From Amphiscolops sp. MND2022 (Eukaryota), in assembly GCA_964187785.1 (NCBI GenBank), contig OZ076409.1, positions 58,282,001-58,346,000 of the forward strand: DNA of 64,000 nucleotides, written 5' to 3'. The notes under the pieces were generated by a model. The model was not told the DNA's origin, did not search any database, and saw only the letters and a program-made list of their open reading frames with translations. Position 1 is the stretch's first letter; every line of letters begins with the position of its first letter. Shown here piece after piece: positions 51,995 to 64,000 of this stretch. The position numbers were made by a program, and so were the translations under genes.

Positions 51995-52189
51995 TTTTCA
52001 CCTCGTACGGTAGTGACAAACCGGACATGCGCTATGAGGACATCAAGCTGGTGGAAGTGACTAATCACGTGGCTCAGTTGCAGAATGAGGGCATCCAAAA
52101 CCTAATTCAGAGGGGCTACCCTGCATATGCTCTTGTCGTTAAGAAAGGCCAACTGCTCAGCAGAACTGCTGCCACGACTCTAATACAAG
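51995..52189 (+). CDS. DARS2: DARS2 coding exon 5
   Basis: YGSDKPDMRY; splice phases compatible. Confidence 0.9.
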
Positions 52190-52401
52190 GTATAATCTTG
52201 AACTGACTTTTTTTTCATTTTCATCACTTTTTTCATATTTTATACAAATTCAAACTCATTTACAAGCAGTTGAATTAGTATCGAAATTATGTCCTAACAA
52301 TGTCGTTTTTGGCAAACTTTTTCCTCTCCAAGTTGATAAAAATGTGGTAGATACTGTGGTTTTTTATGATGGTGGTAAATGTAAATCTTTTGTTATTTTA
52401 G

Positions 52402-52857
52402 AAGTAGAGAAAGAAGTGAGATGGATAGTTGCAGCTGTCAATATAGGCCAAAATGGAGCATGGCACAAACACAGATTTAAAAACTTGAACGATTCGACTG
52501 AAACTGTCTCAGCCATAAATGCACACTTGAAATGCGAAAACGGAGATTTACTTCTAGTCTGTGCTGGCCCTAAGGCTCTTGTTTGCACCATGCTTGGAAG
52601 GCTCAGAAAGAGATTCATTACGAAGCTGTCAGAATGCTGTGAGTTTTATCAAAGAGACACGAGTGATTTCAACTTCCTGTGGGTTGAAAACTTCCCTCTT
52701 TTCACGGAAGAGAAAAACGAAAAGGGGGAGACAGTGTGGGAGGCTTGTCACCATCCTTTCACAGCTCCACACCAAGATGATATAATGTATCTTAGCTCGG
52801 ATCCGTCAAAAGTTCGGGGACAACATTTTGATTTGGTGCTCAATGGCCATGAAATAG
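52402..52857 (+). CDS. DARS2: DARS2 coding exon 6
   Basis: LGRLR, FLWVENFPLF, HHPFTAP and FDLVLNGHEI. Confidence 0.92.
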
Positions 52858-53111
52858 GTTTGTAGCTCGTACAAATTAGAAATCGGGCATTCCGATTTAT
52901 AATACAAGTTGGGTCTCAAGCTTGTGTCAACAAATTTCCTGCACAACCTGATTTATACAGTTTTTCGGCTAATTTAGACGTTCTTGAAAAAATGAAATCT
53001 GCGTGTTCCAGTCAATTTCCTCGAAGGTAGTTTTATTTGTTACTTTTCAAACAATTCATGATGGGACTCCTTTGTTTTTTTCCTTTGAATGCAAAACCTG
53101 GGCTGCTTCAG

Positions 53112-53262
53112 GCGGAGGCTCAATGAGAATCAGTGATTGGAAAGTGCAAGAGACGATTCTGAAAGATATACTGAAACTGGACTACTCAGATCTCGCCTAT
53201 CTTGTCGAAGCCCTGTCTTACGGAGCTCCTGTTCATGGTGGAATTGCTTTAGGTCTTGACAG
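53112..53262 (+). CDS. DARS2: DARS2 coding exon 7
   Basis: GGGSMRI...ALSYGAPVHGGIALGLDR (class II motif 3). Confidence 0.92.
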
Positions 53263-54356
53263 GTCAGAAATATGCCCCCATGTTGAACTGCAACATATGT
53301 ACTGATGTTTTTCAAAGTACTAATCGTTTTAAATGCTCGTTGAACTCGCATATGTCCTATGAAAAAATTCTTCAATATAATGAAAATTACACCTTCTAGA
53401 ATTGTTAGTTCTAGTCAAAGGGAACCTAAAACAAAAAGGTGATTGTTTTTAAAAGTTTTAATCTGCGAAAAGATCTGAAAAATATTTCTTATGAAGGGTT
53501 GTCCCAACCCAGGACCAATTTTCAAACTTTGTCTCGAGATATGAGATGATAGTAAATAACTTGGGGTAAATCTCATCCTTCAAAAAGCGAAGTTTTTGCA
53601 CTAATTGGTCAGAACAAATGCAGCTTGTTCGTCTGTATATTTGAACTATTTTAAGAAAACTTACTAATAAAATTCAAAAATATCACGCTTGTCATCAGAC
53701 GCAAAAAATAGTTTCTCGTAAAAAAAATACGATCGTTTTATTTCGAAACGCTGATTATTTTTAGACATTCAAGTGACGGCAGCGTCACATGATTTCTTCA
53801 TTTAGCCTAATTTTAGCATGGATGTTCATATCAAAATATTATCACTGGTAGATTTTGCTTAAAAGACCTGCAATTTCATTTTCTTCTGGTCTTGTGACAC
53901 TATAAAATGACAGTCGTCGCTTAAATTTCTAGATCACATGATTCTGACTCGAACCGAATGAACACTTGTGGTATGGTGCACATCATACTCTTTTTGTAAA
54001 AGCTGCAACAACCATATGCCGCCGACTTGCAGCTCCGAACCAACTTCTTTTTTATTGGTCTAATTTGACACATCTTTGCGTAATGCGGTCACATGCAACT
54101 AGCAGTTTTTCTCATTCAATTTCTCTTTTTTGTTCGCGCGTTCAACATTTCCACCACATTTGTATTCATACCCTTGTTCGTTCCTTTCTTTCACGCTACG
54201 GAAAATTGAAAAATCCCCCTGGTGGTTTATTTTCCTTAGCTATTCGCTGGCTGTATTTTGAAAGGCCGGTCGATTTAGCTTCCCGTAACCTACGCGTGGC
54301 AACTTTATGCCATATATGGCATTACTGGTGCTGAGAGTTTGCTAATTTGTTAACAG

Positions 54357-54510
54357 GTACTTCGCTATTTTGTTGAACAAATCTAGCATCCGGGATGTGA
54401 TCGCGTTCCCTAAAAGCAGTACTACCGGGGCTTGTCTAATGAGCGATGCCCCCAGCTCGATCGATGGTTTGTACCTCAAAAACAACTACAACATTTCTGT
54501 CTGCGAATGA
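54357..54510 (+). CDS. DARS2: DARS2 coding exon 8 (last)
   Basis: SIRDVIAFPKS...LMSDAPS; stop TGA at 54508-54510; AATAAA near 54752. Confidence 0.9.
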
Positions 54511-55181
54511 CCTCTTGAAGCCTAGGTCTGACCTGATCGAGGCATTGGGATTGATGACCGTTGTTTCAACCAGTTGCAGCTCAGACAACCAACAGTTTCA
54601 AGTCGAACTGTGTTTGTCGTCTATTTTAATGTTATTTGTCATTTGAACTTAATACTTGTTCAAATATCTCGTTCAAAGATAATGTCACTTGATTCTACCT
54701 CGATCTGTAAAATTCTACAATATATTGAATATTTGGTCAATGCAAACCTGCAATAAATGGGTTTCACAATTGTAAAATTGGGCGGAGTTCCTTCAAATAT
54801 GAAAGAGTTTTGTTTGATTTCAGATATTTTTGATATTTCTGGATCTGTGAAGAACTGATCTGGGTCTGAACTATTTGTCCTTTTCATTCCTAACATCTGG
54901 AATAGATTCTAGCTTCCACTAATCAATATCTTATTTTCCTACATTTGGTCGTCAACACCTGAAAGCCAACCACAGAAAACATCGCTCATCTTTTTGGACA
55001 TTGTCTCAAGTTGCTGATCTTCTGTGACGTCTGTGCATCTTAAATTGTATAGAATATTCTGCAGCACTTGGAGAAAATTGCAGCTAGTTTATCGCCGTGT
55101 TCCGTCAACGATTGAAGAATACTGTTATTTTATTGGAAAATTAGACGTATTGAATTATATTGAAAGAGTGTCGCCGGCAAA

Positions 55182-55383
55182 ATGGTTATGTTTGTATGCA
55201 ATGTATGTGGCACAAGTTTGAAGAAGAACAAAGTGGAGGAACATTATCGCTACCAGTGCAGAAACTGTGATGCCGTGTCTTGCATTGATTGTGGGCAAGA
55301 TTTCTGGGGCGATGATTACATTCTGCACAACAAGTGCATCTCCGAACAGGAAAAATACCAGGGGGTGTGCTCCGAAAATAAAG
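55182..55383 (+). CDS. LYAR: Cell growth-regulating nucleolar protein LYAR, exon 1 of 4 (join gives about 444 aa)
   Basis: MVMFVCNVCGTSLKKNKVEEH...C and SCIDCGQDF...HNKCISEQEKY (two C2HC LYAR fingers); donor AAAG|GTATGT. Confidence 0.93.
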
Positions 55384-55905
55384 GTATGTCCAGACCTTTC
55401 ATCTGTTTCTTTCAATTTTCATCATCTGTTCGACTACAAAATACTTGGTGGCAAATTGTCGTATTCTCCAGTTTTGTAGAATGTCCTAAATTCTTTTATA
55501 GAATGTTTCCTGGTGTATATCGAATTGCTTCTTGTTAAAAGTTGTAATAATCTTCAATTGAGAAAAACTTGAATCACTTTTGGAAAATGAAAATGTTATT
55601 CCTTGACGAATATAAGAAACGTCCCCAAATCCATACAGCACTGGTTTCAAAGAAAGACAAAATACTTCAAAAGGAATTTGCACATGAGGTTTCTGCATTT
55701 TCCAGAACTATAAGAATTTATGATCATACAACAGATGTCATTCAAGTATTTTCGATTCTTTGAACTTATTTAAGCCTTGAATAAATTGCCAAATTAGCAC
55801 AGCTTATTGGTTTTGTCGGAAAATGACCTTACTTTTCTACTTGTATTCTATTCCTTGATTTGATCATTCGCTTCTGCACGAAGATGCTTCAAGTTTGTTT
55901 CACAG

Positions 55906-56172
55906 GCGAGCAGAAACAAGAGCAGTGGGTGGCGAATGTGAATGCAGTGATCTCGACATACTCCGGAAGCGCCCGAGTGAGATCTCTGCTGCAGAACTGT
56001 GTCACTTGTCCCAACCTGCCCCGCAAGCAACAGAAGTTCACCAACTTCGTAGCCAGCAGCTTCCACGAGTACAACAAGGGCGTGGTCGAGGAGGCCTGGA
56101 GCATCATTGAGAAGGCCTCCAAACTTACCATCACCACTCCTAACGAGAAGGATAAGCAAAAACCACCAACAG
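55906..56172 (+). CDS. LYAR: LYAR exon 2
   Basis: GEQKQEQWV...NLPRKQQKFTNFV. Confidence 0.9.
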
Positions 56173-56231
56173 GTTGTTGCTCGCATCATTATGCATGGCA
56201 TGAGTATATCAAATGTGGCATGTCATCATAT

Positions 56232-56644
56232 CAGGCGTGTTCAATAAATAATTATGGGTTAAGAATAATTATAATAAAATAAAATGATATGTTTTTACAC
56301 TCAAATGAATAAAAAAATCATTTTTGGATCTGTTAAAATAAAAATGATTATTCTTGAGATAACTAAAACTACAATTTCGACAACTAGTCAAATTCGACAA
56401 TTGTTAACCATATTGAAACGCGGAATTCTCAGTGAACTTTGAGCCGCAATTTTTCAGATGGCTAACAAAAAATATTGCTCTGTTTGCGATGTACAGAGCA
56501 TAATTTAAGTTTTTGTTGATATCCGTTTTCGCTGAGAATAAAAATAATTATTTTAGCAAAAAAAAATAAAATTCATTTTTCTACACTGAAAATAAAAATT
56601 CATTTTTAGGCAATAATAATCGAATAAAATATTGAACACCCCTG
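56232..56644. mobile_element. hAT-type MITE in LYAR intron 2
   Basis: TIR CAGGCGTGTTCAATA/TATTGAACACCCCTG (14 of 15 match); flanks CATCATAT/CATTATAA (6 of 8 match). Confidence 0.7.
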
Positions 56645-56987
56645 CATTATAATGTGATAACTAAGTATGATGTACTATGTATTTCGTATTTATATTATCA
56701 TTCATCGTATTTACTGCCCTGATTCAGTGGAAAAACGGAAATCAGTGGATCCTTATAATCCAATGAGCTATCTCTTGAAACTCACGCAAAAATGGGTTTT
56801 TCTGCTCGTGAATAATTGTCTAAATGTGCTAAAGCCTGCAATGCAATGTGGCTTGAATTTGCCTTTGATTTTGTTCAGCGAAGAAAACGCAAATTCAATA
56901 TCCACCGTTCAGTTAAGACAGTAGTAGGAGTCATACCCACTTAATAATAAGTACGTCCTCACTGTGTAATATCATTGTCTGATTTAG

Positions 56988-57289
56988 AAAATGGCCAATT
57001 AGATACTTCTGCCACGAATGGCGAAGAAGCTGTAGAATCGGAAGAAGAAGACGATCCTCCTCCCATCGAAAATGGTCATTCGGAAAAGGGAAAGAAACCT
57101 GCAATCAATGGCAAGTCTTCACCCGAACAACAGAATGGAGTTTCTGAAAGCGAAGAAGAGGAAGATGAAAATGAAGAAGAGGATGAAGGAAAAGAGGAGC
57201 CTCGCAAAAACGGAGCTGATAGTGCAAAACTGAAGAAAAAGAAACAAAAACTCGAACGCAAGAAAGAATTAGCGTCATATCAAAATGTT
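56988..57289 (+). CDS. LYAR: LYAR exon 3 (acidic/lysine-rich low-complexity region)
   Basis: Phase-compatible acceptor TTTAG and donor GTAAGT; E- and K-rich as expected for a nucleolar protein. Confidence 0.8.
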
Positions 57290-57520
57290 GTAAGTTTCCT
57301 TCATGTTCAATAATACAGGATTTGTTTCTATGAAACCACGAAACGTGCCACTGAATGTCTTCAAAAAGCCTGCTTTGATGCCTGGTGTTAGTGTTAGATT
57401 GAACATCTTCAGAAGTTGCTGTGCTAGTTACCTAGAAGATAATTTAAATGGAAGTCTAAACTATTAGTGTAAATCCTGGGATGTTGTATGTATATGCATC
57501 GAATAACATTATTTGTTTAG

Positions 57521-58084
57521 GGCAAAAAGTTATCTAAAAAGCAGTTGAAACGAATCCGCGAAGATTCCATATCAGCCGACTTAGCTGCTTCAGCTAACGA
57601 AGAAACCAATGGTGCTAATTCAGAGACAAATAGAAAAGATAAGAAACACAAAAAGAAAGACCGACTAGGTGCTAAAAACTTCCCGTCCGAACCCAGTGAC
57701 GTCATTAAGGAGAACGAAGAAGAGGATGAAACAAGTGCTCAGAGAGTTCTGGAGAAAGCACAGACAGATGCCAAGTTGATGGCAGGGGTCCCTAGGAACC
57801 TGAACATTGAGCCGGATGACGACGAGGACGATGCTTCAGGCGGTGCGAGTAATAGTCGCTTCAATTGGCACAAGGCAATAAAATCTGCTCTGAAGGCTGA
57901 AGACGATTTATCCTTACCTGTGAAGAAACTGCGCAAAAAGGTCCTTGCCGAGTTTGTTAGCAGCCTTGGAGGGGATATGAGCAAGTTTAAGAGTGAACAT
58001 GAGGTGTGGGCATTGTTTGATAAAAAGCTCCATTCTTACCCCAAGGCCAAGATTCTAAAGGATAGAGTGACTTTGGTCAAGTGA
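57521..58084 (+). CDS. LYAR: LYAR exon 4 (last)
   Basis: FNWHKAIKSALKA...LPVKKLRKKVL...VTLVK C-terminal domain; AATAAA at 58301. Confidence 0.88.
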   Translation, partial: GKKLSKKQLKRIREDSISADLAASANEETNGANSETNRKDKKHKKKDRLGAKNFPSEPSDVIKENEEEDETSAQRVLEKAQTDAKLMAGVPRNLNIEPDDDEDDASGGASNSRFNWHKAIKSALKAEDDLSLPVKKLRKKVLAEFVSSLGGDMSKFKSEHEVWALFDKKLHSYPKAKILKDRVTLVK

Positions 58085-59420
58085 CCTATACACATAGAAA
58101 AGTGGGTTGAGTGCAGCCGCATAGATGCTAGCCCAAATTTTGTGATGTTTCCTCGCTGCTATCATTGTGAAAAATGTCTGTTGTTTTTGAGGATGATACT
58201 AACGTTAGATGATCATGTCTGAAACTCTTTTGAACTTTGTAGCTTTACATTACATGTTTTCACTTCATTGGGCGCCTTTTGTTTAATATGCGTCCGCTTT
58301 AATAAAGAGGAGAAAAGAATATTTCTTGTAACAAATTGTTTTCAAACTTAGTTTTGAGCAGAAATAAATAGACTCGGTTCAGTTTTCTGTTGATTTTTTT
58401 TTATTTTTTGGAGTAATCACCTGCTAAAGGTGCTGCTACTAGTATGCATTTAGTACGGTAGCATTTGAGATGTTTGAAATTATACAACATTAGACTTAAA
58501 TGATTCAGTATCGAACATAATCGATATTCTTCAACCCATATCCCTGTAATCACATTCTTCTTTATTTCATGATTTTGCACTTGCGCAAAATGCAAAAATG
58601 TTTGAGAAATTTGTTTGGAATTAGAAGTTCTACTTTATTTCATTTTTATATTCGTATTCGGAAATGATCGATTAACTTATTGAAGTTTTTTGCAAGCTTT
58701 TTGCTGTTGCAACAATAAGTGAGCCTCAAAGATGTCGATTTTCATTGACTAGCTTTCCCTTCATTCAAGATTTTTTTAGTATTCCTTCTTTTATCCGAGT
58801 AACGAAGCTTATAGTTCCAAATTTGAATCCTTTCAGCGAACGTTACCACTTTTATGTTCTTTTTCGAATTTCAAGACAATTATTAGATTCCATATGTTGA
58901 GGTTAATTTCCTACCTAATCATTGATGAAGAAAATTTGAAAACCAATAAAAATCTGTGATTATGGATGTTCAAACTCAATTCCCTGCATACGAATGTTTT
59001 TTTTTTCTTACATTCGTATGATTGTTGTTCCAAATTATAATGCTTTCAGTTATCGGATCTCATTTTTAAAAAAAAATCAGTGGTACTGATTTCGGTTACC
59101 CACGTCCTTATGTAGTGGTATGTTATGTTGCTCCTGCTTCACAGCATTTTTGGCGAGAGGTGAAATGAAATGAGATTGTTCCATCCATCTTGCATGAGAC
59201 ACACGCTTCATGATTGATAACTTCGGAAGAATTGTCAAAGGTTGGACAGCCGTGCCTACTGACATGTTGCTCTGAGAGATCCATCTTGAATTAAATCAAG
59301 TAGTTTTTTTTTTAATTCCACACGGCAGTCCTAATCTTTTCAACGCCATAATTTTCACTTTCTTCCTTCAGTTGCGAAACTTCTGGTTTCCGACAGGAGG
59401 TTTATTTCTAGATATATGTA

Positions 59421-59515
59421 ATGGCTGCTATAGCTCCATTCGGGACAGACGACCAGCCCAACACTCGTGCAGTAATTCGAGGGGGAAAGCTAATGATTGT
59501 CCCTTCTTACTCAAG
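59421..59515 (+). CDS. C1orf87-like (EF-hand-type) protein, exon 1; gene incomplete at window end
   Basis: MAAIAPFGTDDQPNTRAVIRGGKLM resembles my recollection of the C1orf87 N-terminus; donor AAG|GTATGT. Confidence 0.55.
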
Positions 59516-59830
59516 GTATGTTCTCCACGGTGGAAATTGATGTATAAGATTCATGTACAGAATATTAAATTGTTGAGAACCAACGAAATTCGCTCTGGTA
59601 TTATCTATCTCCTGGTCAATAATGTTACTCATTAAAAGTCCCAATAAACTTTCCCATATTCAGTCTTGTGATGTCGGTTGAGATTATGCCCAGTGGCATT
59701 TCTTATGAACAAAAAGTTAAACTGAAAGAAAAACGACGCTTGAAAGATTTCATGGTGATTGTCAGATTTTATGAGGTTTTATTTCAAATTGAATTTCCAA
59801 TTTCTTTTCTGATTGAGCACAATTTTACAG

Positions 59831-60086
59831 CCAGCGAGAGAGAAGTGCGAAAATAGCGCGAGAGTATAGTGGAGATGTTCCATACTTCCCGCCCTCAGTG
59901 AGGCAAGAAGTGAACCAGCCTCTGTGGGCCAAGAGAAGTCCTTTGCCCCCTATAAAACCCAATTCGGGTTTAGGGGGTCCAATAACAATGAGGGAGACTG
60001 AGAGGTCAGATGGTACATACATGGATGGGGTCAAATGGACATCTGAAAAGATTAATAGCCAGAGTGACATGAGTTATGCTGTTCAG
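59831..60086 (+). CDS. C1orf87-like protein, exon 2
   Basis: Acceptor TTTTACAG, open frame (RSPLPPIKP), donor CAG|GTTAGT; phases compatible. Confidence 0.65.
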
Positions 60087-60202
60087 GTTAGTGGCATGAA
60101 GTACTCTGTCGGTTAGGGCTACTGTCTTGGATGGATGCTCAGTAATTTTTGCCCAGTCAAATTGCCTCACATCGTTTTTATATGTCATGGATAGCAAAAA
60201 TC

Positions 60203-60691
60203 GGAGTGCGTTCATTTCACCCCAAAATCATTTCACCCCATATCATTTCACTCAACTTTCATTTCGAATCATATTGTAATTATAGAGAAGCGTCTCACCT
60301 TAATTAACCAATTAACAATTAAATTAACAACTGTCGTTGAATTAGCTTTGATTTGATTGTGGCCTGCAAGAAATTTTTTTGCCGTAGGAAAACGGAATAG
60401 GAATACGAAAATTCGCAGCATCCATAATTGTAGATTTTGATTGACAGAAAAAATGATTTTTTTCAGCGCCTTGCTCAGAAGTATTACAATTTCGATGAGT
60501 GAAACTTTTCGGTTCCGATTTTGTGGTTCACATAGCACGCATCGTTTGCTTATCTAATTTGGTAATTAGATTCAAGACGCTTTTCTGTTAGCGCTAAGAT
60601 TGAAATTGGGTGGCAATAGTCATTAATCTAAGACACAGTTGATACTTTAAACGTGGGGTAAAATGAATTTGGGGTGAAATGATACTAAACC
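60203..60691. mobile_element. Mutator-like MITE
   Basis: 9-bp direct repeat GCAAAAATC at 60194-60202 and 60692-60700; inverted TCATTTCACCCCAAA ends. Confidence 0.7.
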
Positions 60692-61027
60692 GCAAAAATC
60701 ACCGAAGGCCATCAGCAGTTGAATCTGAATAGATGAAAGTACAAAATAACATTGAAGTTCTTTTCTTGGCATTTACGTTGTGGTGAAATACTCTCATGGA
60801 TTGTTGAGTTCGTTGGTAATGTTTGTTCGTTGCTCATCGCAGAAAAAATCCAAGTTTTTCAGTTGTGTCGTACTTGTTCTTTCACAGTTGGTTGATAGCT
60901 GCTAGAATTCAAACGACTAGTAAAGTATTGAACTGCATAAAATTTTGAACGTCTACATCAAAGCACACGCAGTAACTTTTCATTCTCCTTTCGAATTCCT
61001 TGAATAGAAAGAGCAGATTGTTTTCAG

Positions 61028-61378
61028 TTGAAGCTGTTGCTGGAAGACTGGCCTCGAGACAACCTCAAGAAAATCTATCTGGCCATAGCTGAGAAGCACG
61101 ACCTGGCTCTAACTGACCAAGTTTACAGAGGAACTCTGGCTGACATATGCATCGCTTATCGCTTGCCCCTGACTCAACGTGCTTTCGAGAAGCTGATGGA
61201 CCGTTTCTCGAAGATACGTGAGCCCAACAATGTGGATTACAAGAAGTTGCTGGTCTTTCTTGATACTGTGTACGAGGTGACTGATTATGCCAAGAAGAGA
61301 GACAAGAATACCCAACTGGCCTTCCCCCTGCCCGCTGCAGACCAGGAACAAAATCTCTTCAACAGTGAATTATCCCAG
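61028..61378 (+). CDS. C1orf87-like protein, exon 3
   Basis: Degenerate EF-hand pair (HDLALTDQV; LMDRFS...VDYKKLLVFL); acceptor TTTTCAG and donor CAG|GTGAA. Confidence 0.7.
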
Positions 61379-62080
61379 GTGAACGAAGTTCTGAAAGTAG
61401 ACGTGAATGTTGCTCAGCGTAGTTTTGACCTACTCAATGACCTAAATCGAAACTCAATACCATAAAGGTCTGGTATGTCTTGAAAGATATTGAGTTAATA
61501 TATCAATTTTGATATCCAATTTTTCATTCGAAGCTGTTCGAAATATAGGTCCGGTTATCATTGTGACTTTGCTTTGTTAACCGAAATGTAAAGTTTTTTT
61601 TACCGAATGTTCTACTCAATGAGATTTTTGAGGCAGGGGTTTTCAAAAATCAAATTGCAACGGACCAATTAAATTCTAATTAATTGCAATTAAATGGTTT
61701 CTAAAGACATCCCTCTTAGACCATTCTGTCCCTTGCTGCCTATCTCCAGAATCGGTGATTAACTTCCAGGGTTGCTCCTAAATCTCCAAAATTATTGACA
61801 GTAGTTTCTTCCTAGAGTAATTATGGGCATATGAAGAAGTGCCGAAAAATTGCTCACGCAAATTCGGCGACGGCAGAAAACGTTATGCTCTGTCCCAGTA
61901 ACGAAAGCGCCGGCTTGGAAAAACGTCGATACAGATGACGAATCTAGGAAAGCTATCCTAAATCGATATTAACATTTTTGTCTCTGAAAATCAAAATTTG
62001 TTCTAATTTTTACACGTTTTTTTGTCATGTCTCCCGTCATATAATTTAGAGCCTTCATGTCACTCTTAACTTGTTTTCAG

Positions 62081-62361
62081 ACTTTTCGCAAAGTTCAAGA
62101 AGATCCAGGAGATGAACATGCAACCGAGGGTCACCTCAGGTCACGAAGTCACGAAAATATAGAAAGTAAAAAAGGTCATCCGTTGAATGAAGGCAACGTG
62201 CCGAAGGAGAAACAGAAAGAATTTCCGGGCACAGAAGAAATAGTAGAGGCAAGATCTCAGATTGGGTTCAGAGGAGAAGGTGATGCGGGAGTGCCCAATG
62301 AACACAAACATGTCGATTTTGCTGCCGAATCTAGGACTCAGTCACCATCCAGTAACTCAAA
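62081..62361 (+). CDS. C1orf87-like protein, exon 4
   Basis: Acceptor TTTTCAG, open charged frame, donor GTATGT. Confidence 0.6.
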
Positions 62362-62914
62362 GTATGTTTTTTCCTGCAACAAGTTCTGGTTCTCCAGAGG
62401 CATGAATAGAATTTGGAATGTGGGTCACAAAGATCATTCACATGTCTTTCAATTTTAGTTCTGGCAAGATCTCAAAAAATGATGTTGTCTAACCTAATGG
62501 GGAAGTGAACTTCGGATGGTTTATCAAAAGCCGAATAGTTTGTCAAATGATATTTTAAAAAAAAACATTTTTTTAACGTTTTTGCGCAAACCGGAATATT
62601 ATTGTAACGTGGCAAGTCCAACTTTTGCGGCCAAAAAATCGTTACCGTTTGTTCTCTTTTAGCAGTAGACAAGTTGGATTTTGTTGGCAATAAACAATTG
62701 TGTGTTCCGTTGATAAATTGTTCGCTGAAAGCTGTCGAAGAAGTAAATGCACAAGTGTATTAACCTCAAAAGTTAGCTATGTTTTCAGGAGAAACTTTTA
62801 TAGCATTTGATCTATTCCCAAAATTAAAAAGAATGTACTTTTCGATTTATTTTGCAGTGGAGGTAATATTGACCGACCAAGGAGCCGATTTTTAAGCAAA
62901 ATTTTTCTTTACAG

Positions 62915-63056
62915 AATAGATGCACAGGATGCAGAGTTGTTGGCTCTTCTTGTGTCCCATCTGTCCAAAAAAGGCAGAAACATCAACCTAAAAGCGATCA
63001 AACAAGCTTGCTATGACGCAGATCTCGACAAATCAACCTTTATTTTCCGCGGAAAA
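62915..63056 (+). CDS. C1orf87-like protein, exon 5
   Basis: DAELLALLVSHL...ACYDADLDKSTFI; acceptor TTTACAG and donor GTAAGT. Confidence 0.65.
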
Positions 63057-63606
63057 GTAAGTTGTCTTTCGTTTCTCAAATCTTACTTCTCAATCTGGAA
63101 ACAGCAATGAGGTTTTCTTTGTTTTTAAGTTTTTTCCTGTAAAGTTACAAGTTAGTGGTGTGATCGTGTACGTCTAAATTCATTAATTTAAAAATAATTA
63201 TTTTTAAATTAATGAATTTAGACGTACACGATCTTAAGAGATATACCTGCATTGATTTTCATTTTAATGAAGTCTTCCTGTCAACCAGTAGTGTTTTTCT
63301 ATTCTGCCAGCCTGATGGCGTTGAACCATTGATATAAAAGTAGAACGCTTTGTTGACACTATGGAAACAAAATAGTTTCTGGGAGCAGCTTCATTTGAGG
63401 ATTTTTCAACTTATCGGATTTTCTGCTGTGTAATTGCTCAATCGAGCAATCGTGAGTATCTAAAGGTAGTGAAAATATCAGTCATGCTGCACCTCTGCAC
63501 CTTTTGTCATTAAATTACTGTATAGAATAGAATGGCATTGTGGAAATCACTTTCACAGGAATCTTGACCGATGATATTGAGACCTGTCGTTTTCATTTGT
63601 TTTCAG

Positions 63607-63707
63607 ACGAAGGACATTTTGCGCCGAAATGCAGTCTCATTAGATGATTGGCTTCTTGATGCTTTGCTAAACAGATGCGACATCGATAACACCGGTAACA
63701 AGACATG
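63607..63707 (+). CDS. C1orf87-like protein, exon 6 (a further exon probably starts at 63989)
   Basis: LLNRCDIDNTG EF-loop-like; donor could be after 63694 or 63707. Confidence 0.6.
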
Positions 63708-64000
63708 GTTAGAGAAGTTATTTATGCGCTAATTTTAAAATATCAAAGATATTTGTTCAAATTTTTTTCAGTAGATGTGACTGCTTTTCGTTCCGTTGTG
63801 ACTTTTTTGACATTTGAAATATAGAAAAAGCGGTTTGGTTTCTGAATGTACTATTGATTTCAAATGATTCTGCGTGAGAATGATGTAATATATTTCAGCA
63901 TCAGAAAAAATGCTTCAGAAATTTACATGAACTAAAATTTTTTAAAAATCTGATTACATTCAATTCATCATTTCATTCATCATTTCAGCTGGATTGCCGT

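Noticed and set aside
56879..56924. Extra LYAR exon after TTTTGTTCAG
   Set aside because: In-frame stop and no suitable donor; exons 2 and 3 join in phase without it.
62858..62862. 5-nt microexon (TTTGCAG-TGGAG-GTAATA)
   Set aside because: It would shift the frame; the flanking exons already join in phase without it.

Overview
AT-rich animal (invertebrate-like) genomic DNA with GT-AG introns. Four protein genes lie head-to-tail on the + strand: mitochondrial isoleucyl-tRNA synthetase (IARS2; 5 coding exons, about 995 aa), mitochondrial aspartyl-tRNA synthetase (DARS2; 8 coding exons, about 659 aa), LYAR (4 exons, about 444 aa) and a C1orf87-like EF-hand-type gene that runs off the right edge. 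Stop-to-start spacers are short (about 0.5, 0.7 and 1.3 kb) and lack recognisable transposons, while introns reach 14 kb and are full of nested mobile DNA. That DNA includes decayed LINEs (one with an SGNH-esterase ORF1 and a 2A StopGo motif), hAT transposons, several MITEs and at least three families of non-autonomous Helentron-like elements. These elements insert into T-runs without target-site duplication, nest inside themselves and often carry a tRNA-like Pol III cassette. The main leads are: (1) a candidate trans-spliced operon, since splice acceptors with no obvious upstream exon sit just before three of the start codons; (2) the tRNA-cassette Helentron-like families; (3) a near-perfect 440-bp fold-back palindrome about 80 nt before an IARS2 splice acceptor; (4) the 2A peptide in a LINE ORF2. 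All calls were made by eye, with no searches run.
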